Positions 31,259 to 39,651 of a DNA stretch of 40,616 bases are shown here, piece by piece (the stretch's first letter is position 1; the number at the start of each line of letters is the position of its first letter). Position numbers and translations under genes: made by a program. Location of the stretch: IMG/VR virus record IMGVR_UViG_3300045988_105999, positions 1 to 40,616 of that record. One strand, given 5' to 3'. Below the pieces are notes generated by a model. The model was not told where the DNA came from. It did not search any database and saw nothing but the letters and a program-made list of their open reading frames with translations. This stretch comes from a virus.

Positions 31259-31584
31259 TAGTCTGCCCTCCGGTTCCATGCCTTAACGGCTCCCTCTGCT
31301 GTCGTATGCTCCACTGATGCGGCATGACATTGTTTGCATATCACCCACCAATTATGAAAACCCGGCGATTCCCTTCTCTCTGCTTCGCCACCGCAGAACG
31401 GACACGGTTTTAATTCTGTTTTAGGCTTAAATTTCAGCGTGTACCGTTCCTTGCATTCTACGCAAGGATACTCGTCTTCCCCCTTATGCTCAAAGTCGCA
31501 GTTTTCACAACTCTTCTCATCGTTATACAGACTTCTTTGATTCTCTGTTATAACTTCGCCATGCTCCACTTTATTTACCTGCAT
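31258..31584 (-). CDS. Lar-family (restriction alleviation)-like zinc-finger protein, 108 aa
   Basis: LKPCPFCGGEAE.....WWVICKQCHA......TAEGAVKAWNRRA matches the Lar pattern (PCPFCGG...v.C..C.a.....t.eeAi.aWNrR), plus an extra N-terminal CxxC..CxxC. Confidence 0.6.
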   Translation of the reverse strand: MQVNKVEHGEVITENQRSLYNDEKSCENCDFEHKGEDEYPCVECKERYTLKFKPKTELKPCPFCGGEAERRESPGFHNWWVICKQCHAASVEHTTAEGAVKAWNRRAD

Positions 31585-31596
31585 TTTTCACACCTC

Positions 31597-32010
31597 CTAA
31601 AATGGACAATCTTCCTCGGACATTGCCATGAACTCGCCCATGGTCTCTTCATTACGTGATCTTGTGCGACTCTGTGGTTGTCTCTCGTTGTTTTTCTCGC
31701 CCCATTCGAGGAATTCTACTCTATCTGCGATAACATCCGTCGTATAGACTGTTTCGCCGTTCCTATTGGTGAAGCTTCCTGTCTGGATCCTGCCCTGTAT
31801 TCCTATCAGTCTACCCTTTGCCAGATACTTTTCGCAGTTTTCCGCCTGCCTGCCGAATACTGTTACTCGTGGGAAATCCGCTTTTTTTTCTTGGCCCTGT
31901 TTTGTCGGGCGGTCGATAGCCACCGTAAAGGTAGCCACCGCCATTTCTCCTGACCATCTGATTTCTGGGTCTTTTGTTAATCTGCCGATTAAATTTACTG
32001 AATTCATCAT
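31597..32010 (-). CDS. ssb: Single-stranded DNA-binding protein, 137 aa
   Basis: MMNSVNLIGRLTKDPEIRWSGEMAVATFTVAIDR...FPRVTVFGRQAENCEKYLAKGRLIGIQGRIQTGSF is an OB-fold SSB pattern. Acidic tail ends EEDCPF. Confidence 0.9.
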   Translation of the reverse strand: MMNSVNLIGRLTKDPEIRWSGEMAVATFTVAIDRPTKQGQEKKADFPRVTVFGRQAENCEKYLAKGRLIGIQGRIQTGSFTNRNGETVYTTDVIADRVEFLEWGEKNNERQPQSRTRSRNEETMGEFMAMSEEDCPF

Positions 32011-32195
32011 TTCACCCCCGGGAAAAATACACACAGCATAAACAGAATTACCAATGCGGCTGGTATCCATGACGGTGCGAGAACCCATACCCAGCTCCAC
32101 GAAATAATTTTGCAGAGTTTCAGGACAATAAACACAATCGTCAATAATCCACAAAACCCGATACCACCACTTACACTTCTCTTTTCTTCTTTCAT
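32007..32195 (-). CDS. Small membrane protein, 62 aa
   Basis: GGAGGTACAT RBS. Two hydrophobic helices. Confidence 0.6.
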   Translation of the reverse strand: MKEEKRSVSGGIGFCGLLTIVFIVLKLCKIISWSWVWVLAPSWIPAALVILFMLCVFFPGVK

Positions 32196-32204
32196 ATGTA
32201 CCTC

Positions 32205-32468
32205 CTAAACATCTAATATTTTCCCGATCCGAGTTCTTTCATTTCTTCCCTCAGATACCCTGCCAACTATCAGTCCTTCGGCATAGCCTTTGCTATATCC
32301 TTTTAATTCCGAGAACTTATCCACGCCATCCACTAACTGTGAGAGACTGTCCAGCCCTCGCTGGTCAATGATGAAAGAATTTGGTCCTTTGGTTTTGTAC
32401 CAAACCTTTTCATCAAACATAATCACCTCGTCGATTTCCATTACAAACTTATCACCTTTTTTATACAT
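32205..32468 (-). CDS. Hypothetical protein, 87 aa
   Basis: GGAGGTGGAGTA RBS with TAATG overlap. Confidence 0.65.
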   Translation of the reverse strand: MYKKGDKFVMEIDEVIMFDEKVWYKTKGPNSFIIDQRGLDSLSQLVDGVDKFSELKGYSKGYAEGLIVGRVSEGRNERTRIGKILDV

Positions 32469-33118
32469 TACTCCACCTCCACAAATTCACCGTTCTTTAA
32501 CGTATAGAACGTATCTGCCTTGATTTTTTCGCCGTCAACTTTGGCGGATTCTACATGTTTAATGTGCCAATCATGCGCTTCATCCTGATACCATTCAGCC
32601 AAAACAATATAGCACCCAAGGGATCCTTTAGCTCTGCTCTCAACGCCTGTTGCGATTGCAACAGATTCTTTTCCCTCAACCACAGCCGCACTCTGGTATC
32701 CGGTGTTGGTAGCCGCACTCCGGTGTCCGGTGTTGGTAGCCGCGCTCCGGTCTCCGGTGTTGGTAGCCGCGCTCTGGTGTCCGGTGTTGGTCTCTTTTGC
32801 ATTTGCCCAGTCAATTTTGTCCATAATGAACTTCACGCCCGCTTCGACGATCCCTTTGATTCCGATTTCCACACCAATGCGAATCTTTTTGCTGCACCGT
32901 TTGCTATCATCCCTTAATTCCGGGCTCACTTCATCCATTTCCACCTCGCAATAGCGGCTGCTCGCTGGTTCGTAGTAATTAAACACGTCCAACGGGTTTA
33001 CGCAAGCATGAAACCCACAGCTACACAAATCCGCTTTCGTCTCTTCATACTCCTTGCCTACTTCATACTGAAAATCTCTGCATTTCAACTCTTTGTCGAA
33101 TCCTTTATATGCTTTCAT
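32468..33118 (-). CDS. Conserved phage protein (recalled as DUF7666-like) with an internal 9-aa tandem repeat, 216 aa
   Basis: N-terminus MKAYKGFDKELKCRDFQYEVGKEYEE...LCSCGFHACVNPLDVFNYY. Centre TNTGHQSAA-TNTGDRSAA-TNTGHRSAA-TNTGYQSAA. Confidence 0.6.
   Translation of the reverse strand: MKAYKGFDKELKCRDFQYEVGKEYEETKADLCSCGFHACVNPLDVFNYYEPASSRYCEVEMDEVSPELRDDSKRCSKKIRIGVEIGIKGIVEAGVKFIMDKIDWANAKETNTGHQSAATNTGDRSAATNTGHRSAATNTGYQSAAVVEGKESVAIATGVESRAKGSLGCYIVLAEWYQDEAHDWHIKHVESAKVDGEKIKADTFYTLKNGEFVEVE
32684..32791. repeat. 4 x 27-bp tandem repeat (coding)
   Basis: Units at 32684, 32711, 32738 and 32765, consensus agccgcRctcYggtNtccggtgttggt, with 1-3 differences between units. Confidence 0.9.
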
Positions 33119-33437
33119 TGTTTTCTCCTTTAAAAATTTTCATCCAGTCTTCCAGCGTCATAGTCACCAGCCACGGCTTCCCGTTTTTCCGATGAAACAC
33201 CGCCGGAAGTTCATTTTCCCTTGCGTCACTTTTCGCTTGCTCCATTGCCTTGTGGATGTTCAGCGACTCCACACGCTTGCACTCGATATGTACCCCAGGA
33301 AGTCCCACAACATCCGCATCGCCATTTGCTCCGCAGTATTGCTGTCCCCTTCTGCACTCGAATCCGTGCTCCCGGAGCACCGCTGCAAGTTCTCTCTCGC
33401 CCCGTGCTCCCTTCTGCCTGCTGTTTGTCATACTCAA
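33105..33437 (-). CDS. Holliday-junction resolvase-type PD-(D/E)xK nuclease, 110 aa
   Basis: KGARGERELAAVLREHGF...GDADVVGLPGVHIECK fits the G.E.E....L...G......D....G..iE.K resolvase pattern. Sits next to the helicase. Confidence 0.6.
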   Translation of the reverse strand: MSMTNSRQKGARGERELAAVLREHGFECRRGQQYCGANGDADVVGLPGVHIECKRVESLNIHKAMEQAKSDARENELPAVFHRKNGKPWLVTMTLEDWMKIFKGENNESI

Positions 33438-34621
33438 TCCTCCACTCCGTAAAACGTGAATTTGCTCGCTATGAAGATGCTGTTGACTTCTCCGGTAGAT
33501 CCGTCCCGCTGTTTCGCCAAATCCAGAAGCATTGGTCTCCTGTCAGAATCCCATCCGCCAGACATCATCTCCTCTTCCGGGATCCAGTGAAGCAGTATCA
33601 CGTTATCGGAATCTTCTTCGATGCTCCCAGACTCTTTCAGGTTGTCCAGTTTCGGTTTTCCCGTGCCGTTTCGGTTCACCTGACAACACAGGAGCACCGC
33701 CACATCCTCGACCATGGAAAGACGTTTCAAGTGGTTTGTCATGTATGAGAATCTACTCCGTTTATCTACAAACCTCTCGCCGGAGCACCGCATCTGCTCT
33801 AACTGGTCAACTACGATCGCATATGGTTTGTGCTTTCTGACGAGTGCTGCTATCACGTTGTAATCGTTCACCGATTCAAATATCAGGAAATTGCCCGATT
33901 TCTCTAACTGGTGCACCTTTTCGCTCTGCAAATTCAGTTCTGCCCAGTCAACGTCACCCCTACGCAGCCTCGACCTCGGAGTGTTTATGTATCGCAGGAA
34001 CATCCGCTCCACCGTAGCTTCGGTGCTCATTTCGAGTGGGAAGTAAAGCACCTTTTTCCCTTGCTTGGCAATTTCCATCGCCACCTGCAAAGCGAATGCC
34101 GATTTACCTACCGCAGGTCTTGCTCCTATCGCTGTCAGTTCCTTCTTGCGGATACCACATAGCAGATAATCAAGGTCTCGTATTCCGGTATTCACGATTT
34201 CTTCCGTGGCTCTTCGGTCAAGTGCCGCAAAGTAGTTCGCACAAAAATCTTTTGCCGCCTCCGGCAGTGTGATGATCTCCGCCTCCTCAAACTTTGACAG
34301 TGTATCCTTGACTTCCGAAATCGGCACGTCCGAGGTGATGTTTGCCAGATACGAGCGAGCCTTATAGTCCATGACTTCCCCGACGGCTCTCTGGTAGTAG
34401 TAGTCGGTGTACTCTCCTGTCATGGTCATGAGCTCTGTTATCGGCAATCCAGATTCTTGAGATACCTTGTACGGTTCAGCTCCACACTTCCTGATAGCCG
34501 CAGCCACATGAGCCAGTTCTTGAAAATCCGCATCCTGTATCCGATCCATGTCTTTTAAATTTTTCCCGAGCACCCATCCGGCGATAATCTGTGACTCAAT
34601 CTGTTTTCGCTGAGAACTCAT
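33434..34621 (-). CDS. DnaB-type replicative helicase, 395 aa
   Basis: ATG 34621 follows AAGGAGGATGT. Walker A GARPAVGKSAF, Walker B-like YAIVVDQLEQM, and an N-terminal DnaB-like helical domain. Confidence 0.85.
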   Translation of the reverse strand: MSSQRKQIESQIIAGWVLGKNLKDMDRIQDADFQELAHVAAAIRKCGAEPYKVSQESGLPITELMTMTGEYTDYYYQRAVGEVMDYKARSYLANITSDVPISEVKDTLSKFEEAEIITLPEAAKDFCANYFAALDRRATEEIVNTGIRDLDYLLCGIRKKELTAIGARPAVGKSAFALQVAMEIAKQGKKVLYFPLEMSTEATVERMFLRYINTPRSRLRRGDVDWAELNLQSEKVHQLEKSGNFLIFESVNDYNVIAALVRKHKPYAIVVDQLEQMRCSGERFVDKRSRFSYMTNHLKRLSMVEDVAVLLCCQVNRNGTGKPKLDNLKESGSIEEDSDNVILLHWIPEEEMMSGGWDSDRRPMLLDLAKQRDGSTGEVNSIFIASKFTFYGVED

Positions 34622-34835
34622 ACATCCTCCTTCCCGGCTCACGCAAATCCGCAATAGTCGGCAGATACCGGCTTGATTTCACGTGACGCATCAGAGCCTC
34701 TTTGCACTGGTCGAACGGAATGTCGTTCATCGCTTCGTACCAAGCATCAAATGCACTCTGCTCCCGTAGGAACTCTGGTCTGCTGTAAAGTTCTCTTGTC
34801 AGTCTTGCTATCTCCAAAAATTCAATTTTTTCCAT
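34596..34835 (-). CDS. G39P-like helicase loader, 79 aa
   Basis: ATG 34835 follows GGAGGGTGCAA. FDAWYEAMNDIPFDQCKEALMRHVKSSRYLPTIADL matches the G39P-family pattern (..W...L.d......A.......s...Pt.a.i). Upstream of the helicase. Confidence 0.55.
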   Translation of the reverse strand: MEKIEFLEIARLTRELYSRPEFLREQSAFDAWYEAMNDIPFDQCKEALMRHVKSSRYLPTIADLREPGRRMYEFSAKTD

Positions 34836-35559
34836 TTGCACCCTCCATAAGTTCCTGCTCCCAGTCTGGCACGCTCTGACTGCTTGTCCTTGGCGATACC
34901 GCCGTTTCATTCAGGTATCCCTCGAACTTGTTCCCAAACAGTGTTTCCGGTCGGAGATATTTTGACATCTTCGGGTCGTCTCTCCACTGGGCTGCTTTTT
35001 TATCGATCACAGCTATGAAGTCGTCGAGTTTAAAGCCCTCGTTCAATCGTGCGTCGATTTTGCTTTTAGTAGCTGTCGTTGTGGATTTAAAGTCTCTTCC
35101 GGTCGCCTCGTTTAGGTGGTCAATCACGGCAGTATATATATATATATTATTTATATTCTTTACATTCTTGTTCTTTGCATTTGCCCTTTGATTGCCCGTT
35201 TTCTTGCCCGTTTGCTCGCCGTTTTGTTTGCCCTCTTCTTGTTCTCCGCACTGGTACATCCCCCATTTTTCAATGGTTATGACGGAAAACCTGTTTGCCC
35301 TTTCGCTTGCCACTTCGCCTGACCATTTCAAATTGTCTAAAGCACCTCTTACCTGCTTTATGGTCAGCCCGGTTTCTTCCGAAATCCTACGCACACTAGT
35401 TGCAACTTGACCGGGCTTTAACGTGACTTTTCGGTATGTCGTCTCTTTGTGCGTGGCGGATAACAGCAGGTGTATGAAAACGATTTTTGTTTTGGTGTCT
35501 GAATACCATTGCCACTCCATCATCCGGCGATGCAATTTTATATATCCTTCTGTCCCCAT
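34822..35559 (-). CDS. Replisome organiser / replication initiation protein, 245 aa
   Basis: N-terminal winged-helix (YIKLHRRMMEWQWYSD...VATSVRRISEETGLTIKQVRGAL). C-terminal conserved phage domain (VIDHLNEATGRDFKSTT..TKSKIDARLNEGFKLDDFIAVIDKKAAQW......YLRPETLFG.KFEGYLNE). Confidence 0.75.
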   Translation of the reverse strand: MGTEGYIKLHRRMMEWQWYSDTKTKIVFIHLLLSATHKETTYRKVTLKPGQVATSVRRISEETGLTIKQVRGALDNLKWSGEVASERANRFSVITIEKWGMYQCGEQEEGKQNGEQTGKKTGNQRANAKNKNVKNINNIYIYTAVIDHLNEATGRDFKSTTTATKSKIDARLNEGFKLDDFIAVIDKKAAQWRDDPKMSKYLRPETLFGNKFEGYLNETAVSPRTSSQSVPDWEQELMEGANGKN

Positions 35560-36083
35560 AACTGCTTCAACCTCTCCAATTCATCCGGTGTCATTGTCTC
35601 TATCCCGAGGTCGTGTGCCTCGTCTACGATGTAGTCAATGAGCCGGGACATTTCCTTGCTGTCATAAACGCTTGAACCCTTGTAGAGTCTCATGCTCACA
35701 ACACTTTCAGCCCCTGCTCTGTAGTGGTGCTCGCAGAACCATCCGATCCCGTTACTGCCCCATGATGCCATCACCGCAGGAACATCTCGTGCAGAAAACA
35801 CACCGTCAATCCATGCTCCGCATTCTCTTACCGCCTTCCGGTAAACGTCCTCTTTCGTTGCTCGGATTTTATCGGCGATTTTTCCGCAAAGAACCCACAT
35901 ATAGGCGTTTGCATCTAACGACCGTCTATTTTTCTTTTTAAGCGTCAAAGTATATCCGTCGATGGATTTATCCTTGAGCTTATTAAAATCGTTTACAGCT
36001 TCACTACGGGGCATTCTGAACGCTATCCAGACGGACATACCCTTGTCTTGTATCGCTAAGCGATCAACTTTTGTTTCGATCAT
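35538..36083 (-). CDS. NinB/Orf-like protein, paralogue 2, 181 aa
   Basis: ATG 36083 (ATGA overlap, GGGAGGAA RBS). NRRSLDANAYMWVLCGKIA and YKGSSVYDSKEMSRLIDYIVDEAHDLGIETMTPDELERLKQLW. Confidence 0.5.
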   Translation of the reverse strand: MIETKVDRLAIQDKGMSVWIAFRMPRSEAVNDFNKLKDKSIDGYTLTLKKKNRRSLDANAYMWVLCGKIADKIRATKEDVYRKAVRECGAWIDGVFSARDVPAVMASWGSNGIGWFCEHHYRAGAESVVSMRLYKGSSVYDSKEMSRLIDYIVDEAHDLGIETMTPDELERLKQLWGQKDI

Positions 36084-36367
36084 AAATAATTCCTCCCGAA
36101 TTCCTCTATGAAATCCTCTCTGGTCCCGTGGTTTTTTTCGAAGTCTTTCTGGCACTCCTGCTTGAGGTAGGTGTCTATCTCTTTCCAGTTTTCTCCGGCA
36201 GAAACTCCGTTAGGATGAAACTGCGGTGCAAGCGGAGCAATGTATCCGTACTTCTCACACTTCGCACGATTGAAGCCTGGGAAGCAATGATGGCGTTCGA
36301 CTCTGTCAGAACCGCTGAACATGCAGTGTTCCATATCATCTGTGAAGATGCTCCATAACTTTTTCAT
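36080..36367 (-). CDS. Cys/His-rich small protein, 95 aa (HNH/NinG-like? unverified)
   Basis: MEHCMFSGSDRVERHHCFPGFNRAKCEKYGYIAPLAPQFHPNG. ATGA overlaps on both sides within the recombination module. Confidence 0.4.
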   Translation of the reverse strand: MKKLWSIFTDDMEHCMFSGSDRVERHHCFPGFNRAKCEKYGYIAPLAPQFHPNGVSAGENWKEIDTYLKQECQKDFEKNHGTREDFIEEFGRNYL

Positions 36368-36948
36368 TCCGGCAACCTCCCCTTGTCCAAACACCTTGCA
36401 AGGTACTTTACCGCTGGTATATATTCACCCTTGATGAAGTGTTTGTCATATTTTATCGGTGTGAATTTTATCCGGTTCGGATCAATGACAACTTCGTCCG
36501 TGCCGTCCTCCGAGTAGTACTCATCAGGATAAAGTGGATACGATACTATGTAGAGCTGTTTGAAATCTTCAAAGTGCTTCTGGTATACGTACATTTCCAC
36601 CTGTGCCTGCCGCCAGTAAGCGGTGGAGACCTCGAAGTCCTTTTCCCCTTTATGCGTCTTGACCTCGTAGATAGTACCTCTGAGGTCTCCATCGTAGTTT
36701 ACGCGGATTTTCTTATCCTCAATGAGTAACTGCCTGTCAAGGTTCATTTCCTCGCTGATAGAGCGTAAAATGGGATGCTCGTACCTGTTTCCGGCCTCGG
36801 TGAATATCGAGCCGTGAAAGTCAGGCTCCTGCTCTCCCATCTTGACCGCCCACCACTGACGGAAAGTCTTGGTGGTACGGTTCTTCGCTACTACCATGCT
36901 CGTATCGGATGCGCCGAACCAGAGCGCACGATCCATGTTGTGAATCAT
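36364..36948 (-). CDS. YqaJ-type (lambda-exonuclease-like) recombination exonuclease, 194 aa
   Basis: WFGASDTSMV...FRQWWAVKMG......GNRYEHPIL...DGDLRGTIYEVKT has the PD-(D/E)xK pattern of YqaJ viral recombinase exonucleases. Paired with the annealase. Confidence 0.7.
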   Translation of the reverse strand: MIHNMDRALWFGASDTSMVVAKNRTTKTFRQWWAVKMGEQEPDFHGSIFTEAGNRYEHPILRSISEEMNLDRQLLIEDKKIRVNYDGDLRGTIYEVKTHKGEKDFEVSTAYWRQAQVEMYVYQKHFEDFKQLYIVSYPLYPDEYYSEDGTDEVVIDPNRIKFTPIKYDKHFIKGEYIPAVKYLARCLDKGRLPE

Positions 36949-37271
36949 TTTACCGTGATCCTCACATATGCCTTTTTCTTTGTACGCTTGTTGTACTTAT
37001 TCATAACTTCGTTGTAGAGATCTGGATCATCCTGCCGGAAAGCCTTTGTGTCCAGTGCCACCGACTCCGTTTCTGCGATATGAGAGATTCTCACGTAGTC
37101 GTTGTCTATAGATGCGATTCCGCTTAGTTCCATTGCAAAAATCAGGTCGTCCTTGATTTTTTTCTCCTGCTCTTCTAAAGATTTCTTAGCGGCTGTCAGC
37201 TCTCGAAGCCGTTCAAATACCGCAAGGTTTTTCTGCTCAAACGCAGTCATTTCCGTTGTTTTGGTTGCCAT
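36945..37271 (-). CDS. Hypothetical coiled-coil protein, 108 aa
   Basis: GGAGGTTATT RBS. Lies between the annealase and the exonuclease. Confidence 0.6.
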   Translation of the reverse strand: MATKTTEMTAFEQKNLAVFERLRELTAAKKSLEEQEKKIKDDLIFAMELSGIASIDNDYVRISHIAETESVALDTKAFRQDDPDLYNEVMNKYNKRTKKKAYVRITVK

Positions 37272-37280
37272 AATAACCTC

Positions 37281-37910
37281 CTATAAACTCTGCACATACT
37301 CCAAGCACTTCTGGAGTCTATCGTCTGTCAGTTCTTCCAAAGAGCCGACCTTCACCTTCTTGCATATTTCAGCAACATCCACTCTCTTTGCATCGCATAA
37401 AGCTACGATTTTAGTTTCAAGTTCTTCTCTGCTGAACTTCGGTGCGGACCGTTTCGTATTATCCGTTTGAGTATTTTTCTTCTGCTTTACTCGCTCGTCA
37501 ACACTTCCATCTGTCTTGTCCGGCAAATCTTCTCCGGCGTATATGTAAAGACCTAGTCCGTGCCTTGCTACCGCTTTTGTCAATGAACGCTGAATTGCCT
37601 TGTTTACATCGAATGAAGTGACTATATCAACCGGAATCGACTTGTTTTTATAGTCCATCACCGGAAGATACTCGATGTGCTCAATTTCATATTCATCCGT
37701 AACAACTGTCACTCCGGTTTTTACCCAGCAATATCTACCATCGGTAAAATAGTTCCACTCCAGCTCATTTTGATAAACTGTATAATAGCTTTTCGGATAG
37801 ATTTTTTTCAGTTCTTTCCAAGCATTTGCCCACGCCAAATATGTGAGTCCGTTTTTCTTTTCTGTCATGGCGTTGCAATCTATTCCATTTAACTGTTCAA
37901 AGTAATTCAT
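37281..37910 (-). CDS. Rad52/Sak-type (DUF1071-like) single-strand annealing protein, 209 aa
   Basis: GLTYLAWANAWKELKKIYP...YLPVMDYKNKSI....FDVNKAIQRSLTKAVARHGLGLYIYAGEDLP matches the Sak/DUF1071 pattern. Confidence 0.75.
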   Translation of the reverse strand: MNYFEQLNGIDCNAMTEKKNGLTYLAWANAWKELKKIYPKSYYTVYQNELEWNYFTDGRYCWVKTGVTVVTDEYEIEHIEYLPVMDYKNKSIPVDIVTSFDVNKAIQRSLTKAVARHGLGLYIYAGEDLPDKTDGSVDERVKQKKNTQTDNTKRSAPKFSREELETKIVALCDAKRVDVAEICKKVKVGSLEELTDDRLQKCLEYVQSL

Positions 37911-38213
37911 TTAATCCTCCGTTTCCGTGAAAGCCACGATTTCGCTCATGGCTTCCCATTCACCCATCCCTGCGTCCACGAGAGCTTGTCTAAACTCTCG
38001 TAGTGGTTCTGTTACAATGCTCTCCCGGCATTCTTTGCAAAGCGATCCCGGAAAGTCTGATGCTTCGTTTCCGCACACCGGACAAGCGTAGACTTCCTCA
38101 AAGTCGTCACCTCCGCAGTACGGGCAGGTCTGTTCCACATATCCGGTGTCCTGTTCCATCGGGCTTCTGGATGGGTTTTCGAACACCCCTCCGCAATCTG
38201 AACACTTATACAT
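37911..38213 (-). CDS. Multi-zinc-ribbon protein, 100 aa
   Basis: ATG 38213 (MYKCSDCGG). Four CxxC pairs. Confidence 0.6.
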   Translation of the reverse strand: MYKCSDCGGVFENPSRSPMEQDTGYVEQTCPYCGGDDFEEVYACPVCGNEASDFPGSLCKECRESIVTEPLREFRQALVDAGMGEWEAMSEIVAFTETED

Positions 38214-38460
38214 TGACCTTGCTCCAATCCGGATGGTACGCCCACGCAATCACATCTTGGAACGCATACATCTCTGCTTCTTCCTTTGTGTTCCGGTCAT
38301 ACGCATTGAACTCATTATGTTTTTTCGAGTAATGCAGTGCGGTCATGTGGCAAATTTTTTTCGACTCGTATTCATGTGACCAGATCGCAATTACGTCGCC
38401 GCTTTCTCTCGGCAGTTTCTCGTCCACCGAGAAAAATTCAAGTTCTATTTTAGTTGACAT
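38206..38460 (-). CDS. Hypothetical protein, 84 aa
   Basis: AAAGGAAATAAT RBS. Confidence 0.6.
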   Translation of the reverse strand: MSTKIELEFFSVDEKLPRESGDVIAIWSHEYESKKICHMTALHYSKKHNEFNAYDRNTKEEAEMYAFQDVIAWAYHPDWSKVNV

Positions 38461-38515
38461 ATTATTTCCTTTCTGATACCCTAATTATAGGTTTTTGTGA
38501 GATGCGCCTGCGGAA

Positions 38516-38782
38516 TTAGTCCAAAGGTGCATTTTCTTTTCCTTTGAAAAGTTCCCGTGTTTTCTTTTCAAGCTCCGCTCCTAACATGAGGGAGTGAAGC
38601 ATAAATTGGAATTTTCCCATCTTCCCGTATTTATACATGAGACGCACGGATTGGTCTTGGATGAACTTGTCAATCTCCTTTGCGTCCACGCCCCTTAAAA
38701 GTTCTTCTCCACGTCTGGCAAACATGATTTCGTCCAGCATCTGGATTATATACGTTTTGCCTTCTTTGCTTAATTCTGCCAT
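38516..38782 (-). CDS. Hypothetical protein, 88 aa
   Basis: TAATG overlap with the upstream micro-ORF. Helical composition. Confidence 0.6.
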   Translation of the reverse strand: MAELSKEGKTYIIQMLDEIMFARRGEELLRGVDAKEIDKFIQDQSVRLMYKYGKMGKFQFMLHSLMLGAELEKKTRELFKGKENAPLD

Positions 38783-38868
38783 TATTCATCCTCCTTCAAC
38801 ATTTCTCTGCACCATACCCCTACGCTGACCAGAAACGCCAGCGTCAGTACGCTATAAGCTATATCCAT
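38782..38868 (-). CDS. Possible 28-aa TM micro-protein (not in ORF track)
   Basis: ATGA overlap upstream and TAATG overlap downstream. MDIAYSVLTLAFLVSVGVWCREMLKEDE. Weak RBS. Confidence 0.3.
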   Translation of the reverse strand: MDIAYSVLTLAFLVSVGVWCREMLKEDE

Positions 38869-39089
38869 CACTGCTTTTCACCTCCGCATATCCGGCTGTT
38901 CCACAGCCTGTCAGTTATATCTTTTATGAGATACCGCTTCTTTTTCCCGAACGTGATGTAATCCAGACCGGAAACGACATCCCCCAGAGTGTCATTCCCG
39001 CACCCCAGAGCCTTTTTTATCTGGGACTGGGTGATGAACACTCCGCCGGAAACCTGTTCAAGTTCCCTTTGTATCGCTGTTTTTTCCAT
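38868..39089 (-). CDS. First early gene; small DNA-binding-like protein (Xis/Cro analogue?), 73 aa
   Basis: FITQSQIKKALGCGNDTL....FGKKKRYLIKDI resembles excisionase/AlpA-type winged helix. Position is analogous to cro. Confidence 0.35.
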   Translation of the reverse strand: MEKTAIQRELEQVSGGVFITQSQIKKALGCGNDTLGDVVSGLDYITFGKKKRYLIKDITDRLWNSRICGGEKQ

Positions 39090-39124
39090 TTTGTCTTCCC
39101 GTTACGCCCTCTACCGGGCACCCT

Positions 39125-39154
39125 GTAATAAAAACACATTCGCTATGCAAGCAA
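39125..39154 (-). promoter_or_regulatory. Candidate early leftward promoter
   Basis: Minus strand: TTGCTT, 18 nt, TATTAC, about 35 nt upstream of the 39089 start. Weak match. Confidence 0.3.
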
Positions 39155-39245
39155 TTTTCGCAATGACCAATTAAAACTAACAATGTAACTCTGTATATTC
39201 AGAAAGGAGGTCAGGATGCCCGACAGGGGGCGCAACTTATTAAAT

Positions 39246-39286
39246 TGTGGTATAATCTCTTTACCCGCAAAGGGTAGAAAGAGAGG
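39246..39286 (+). promoter_or_regulatory. Promoter / 5' hairpin / RBS cassette, copy 1
   Basis: TGTGGTATAAT (39246-56), hairpin TACCC-GCAAA-GGGTA (39262-76), GAAAGAGAGG (39277-86), ATG at 39292. Confidence 0.6.
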
Positions 39287-39291
39287 TCTCC

Positions 39292-39651
39292 ATGTTTTAC
39301 TTACGACTTTTGCAATTACTCCACATCCTCAACGTCAGAAACCGTAACCGTGCATACGACGGCAATCTGGGTGACTTTGCCAATATCGTCTACGACAACG
39401 TCGATAGATTCTGTTTTAACAAGCGTTTTCGTACAGAGGTTGAATCTCTGATACAGGCACTTGCTGACTACAGATGCGTTAAATATGGTGTTGAGGACGG
39501 ACGAATCAAGAAAGTGATTCTTACTCACGTTGGAGCACATTATCCGTCATACATATTTCTTGCGATTTGCAAAAGTGTTGTGTTGCCGATAATCGTTTCC
39601 GCTATTACAGCACTTGTCACGTCACTTATCACCGTGCTGGCCACTACATAA
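39292..39651 (+). CDS. Tail-anchored membrane protein, 119 aa
   Basis: RBS GAGAGG 5 nt upstream. C-terminal hydrophobic region YIFLAICKSVVLPIIVSAITALVTSLITVLATT. Confidence 0.65.
   Translation: MFYLRLLQLLHILNVRNRNRAYDGNLGDFANIVYDNVDRFCFNKRFRTEVESLIQALADYRCVKYGVEDGRIKKVILTHVGAHYPSYIFLAICKSVVLPIIVSAITALVTSLITVLATT

Noticed and set aside
39216-39347. 43-codon plus-strand ORF (MPDRGRNLLNCGII...) with a very good RBS (AGGAGGTCAGG-ATG)
   Set aside because: It runs across the 39246 promoter, the leader hairpin and the start of the 119-aa gene in another frame. The sequence looks non-protein-like. It would need a further upstream plus-strand promoter, which I could not find. It is left unannotated, but ribosome profiling could revive it.
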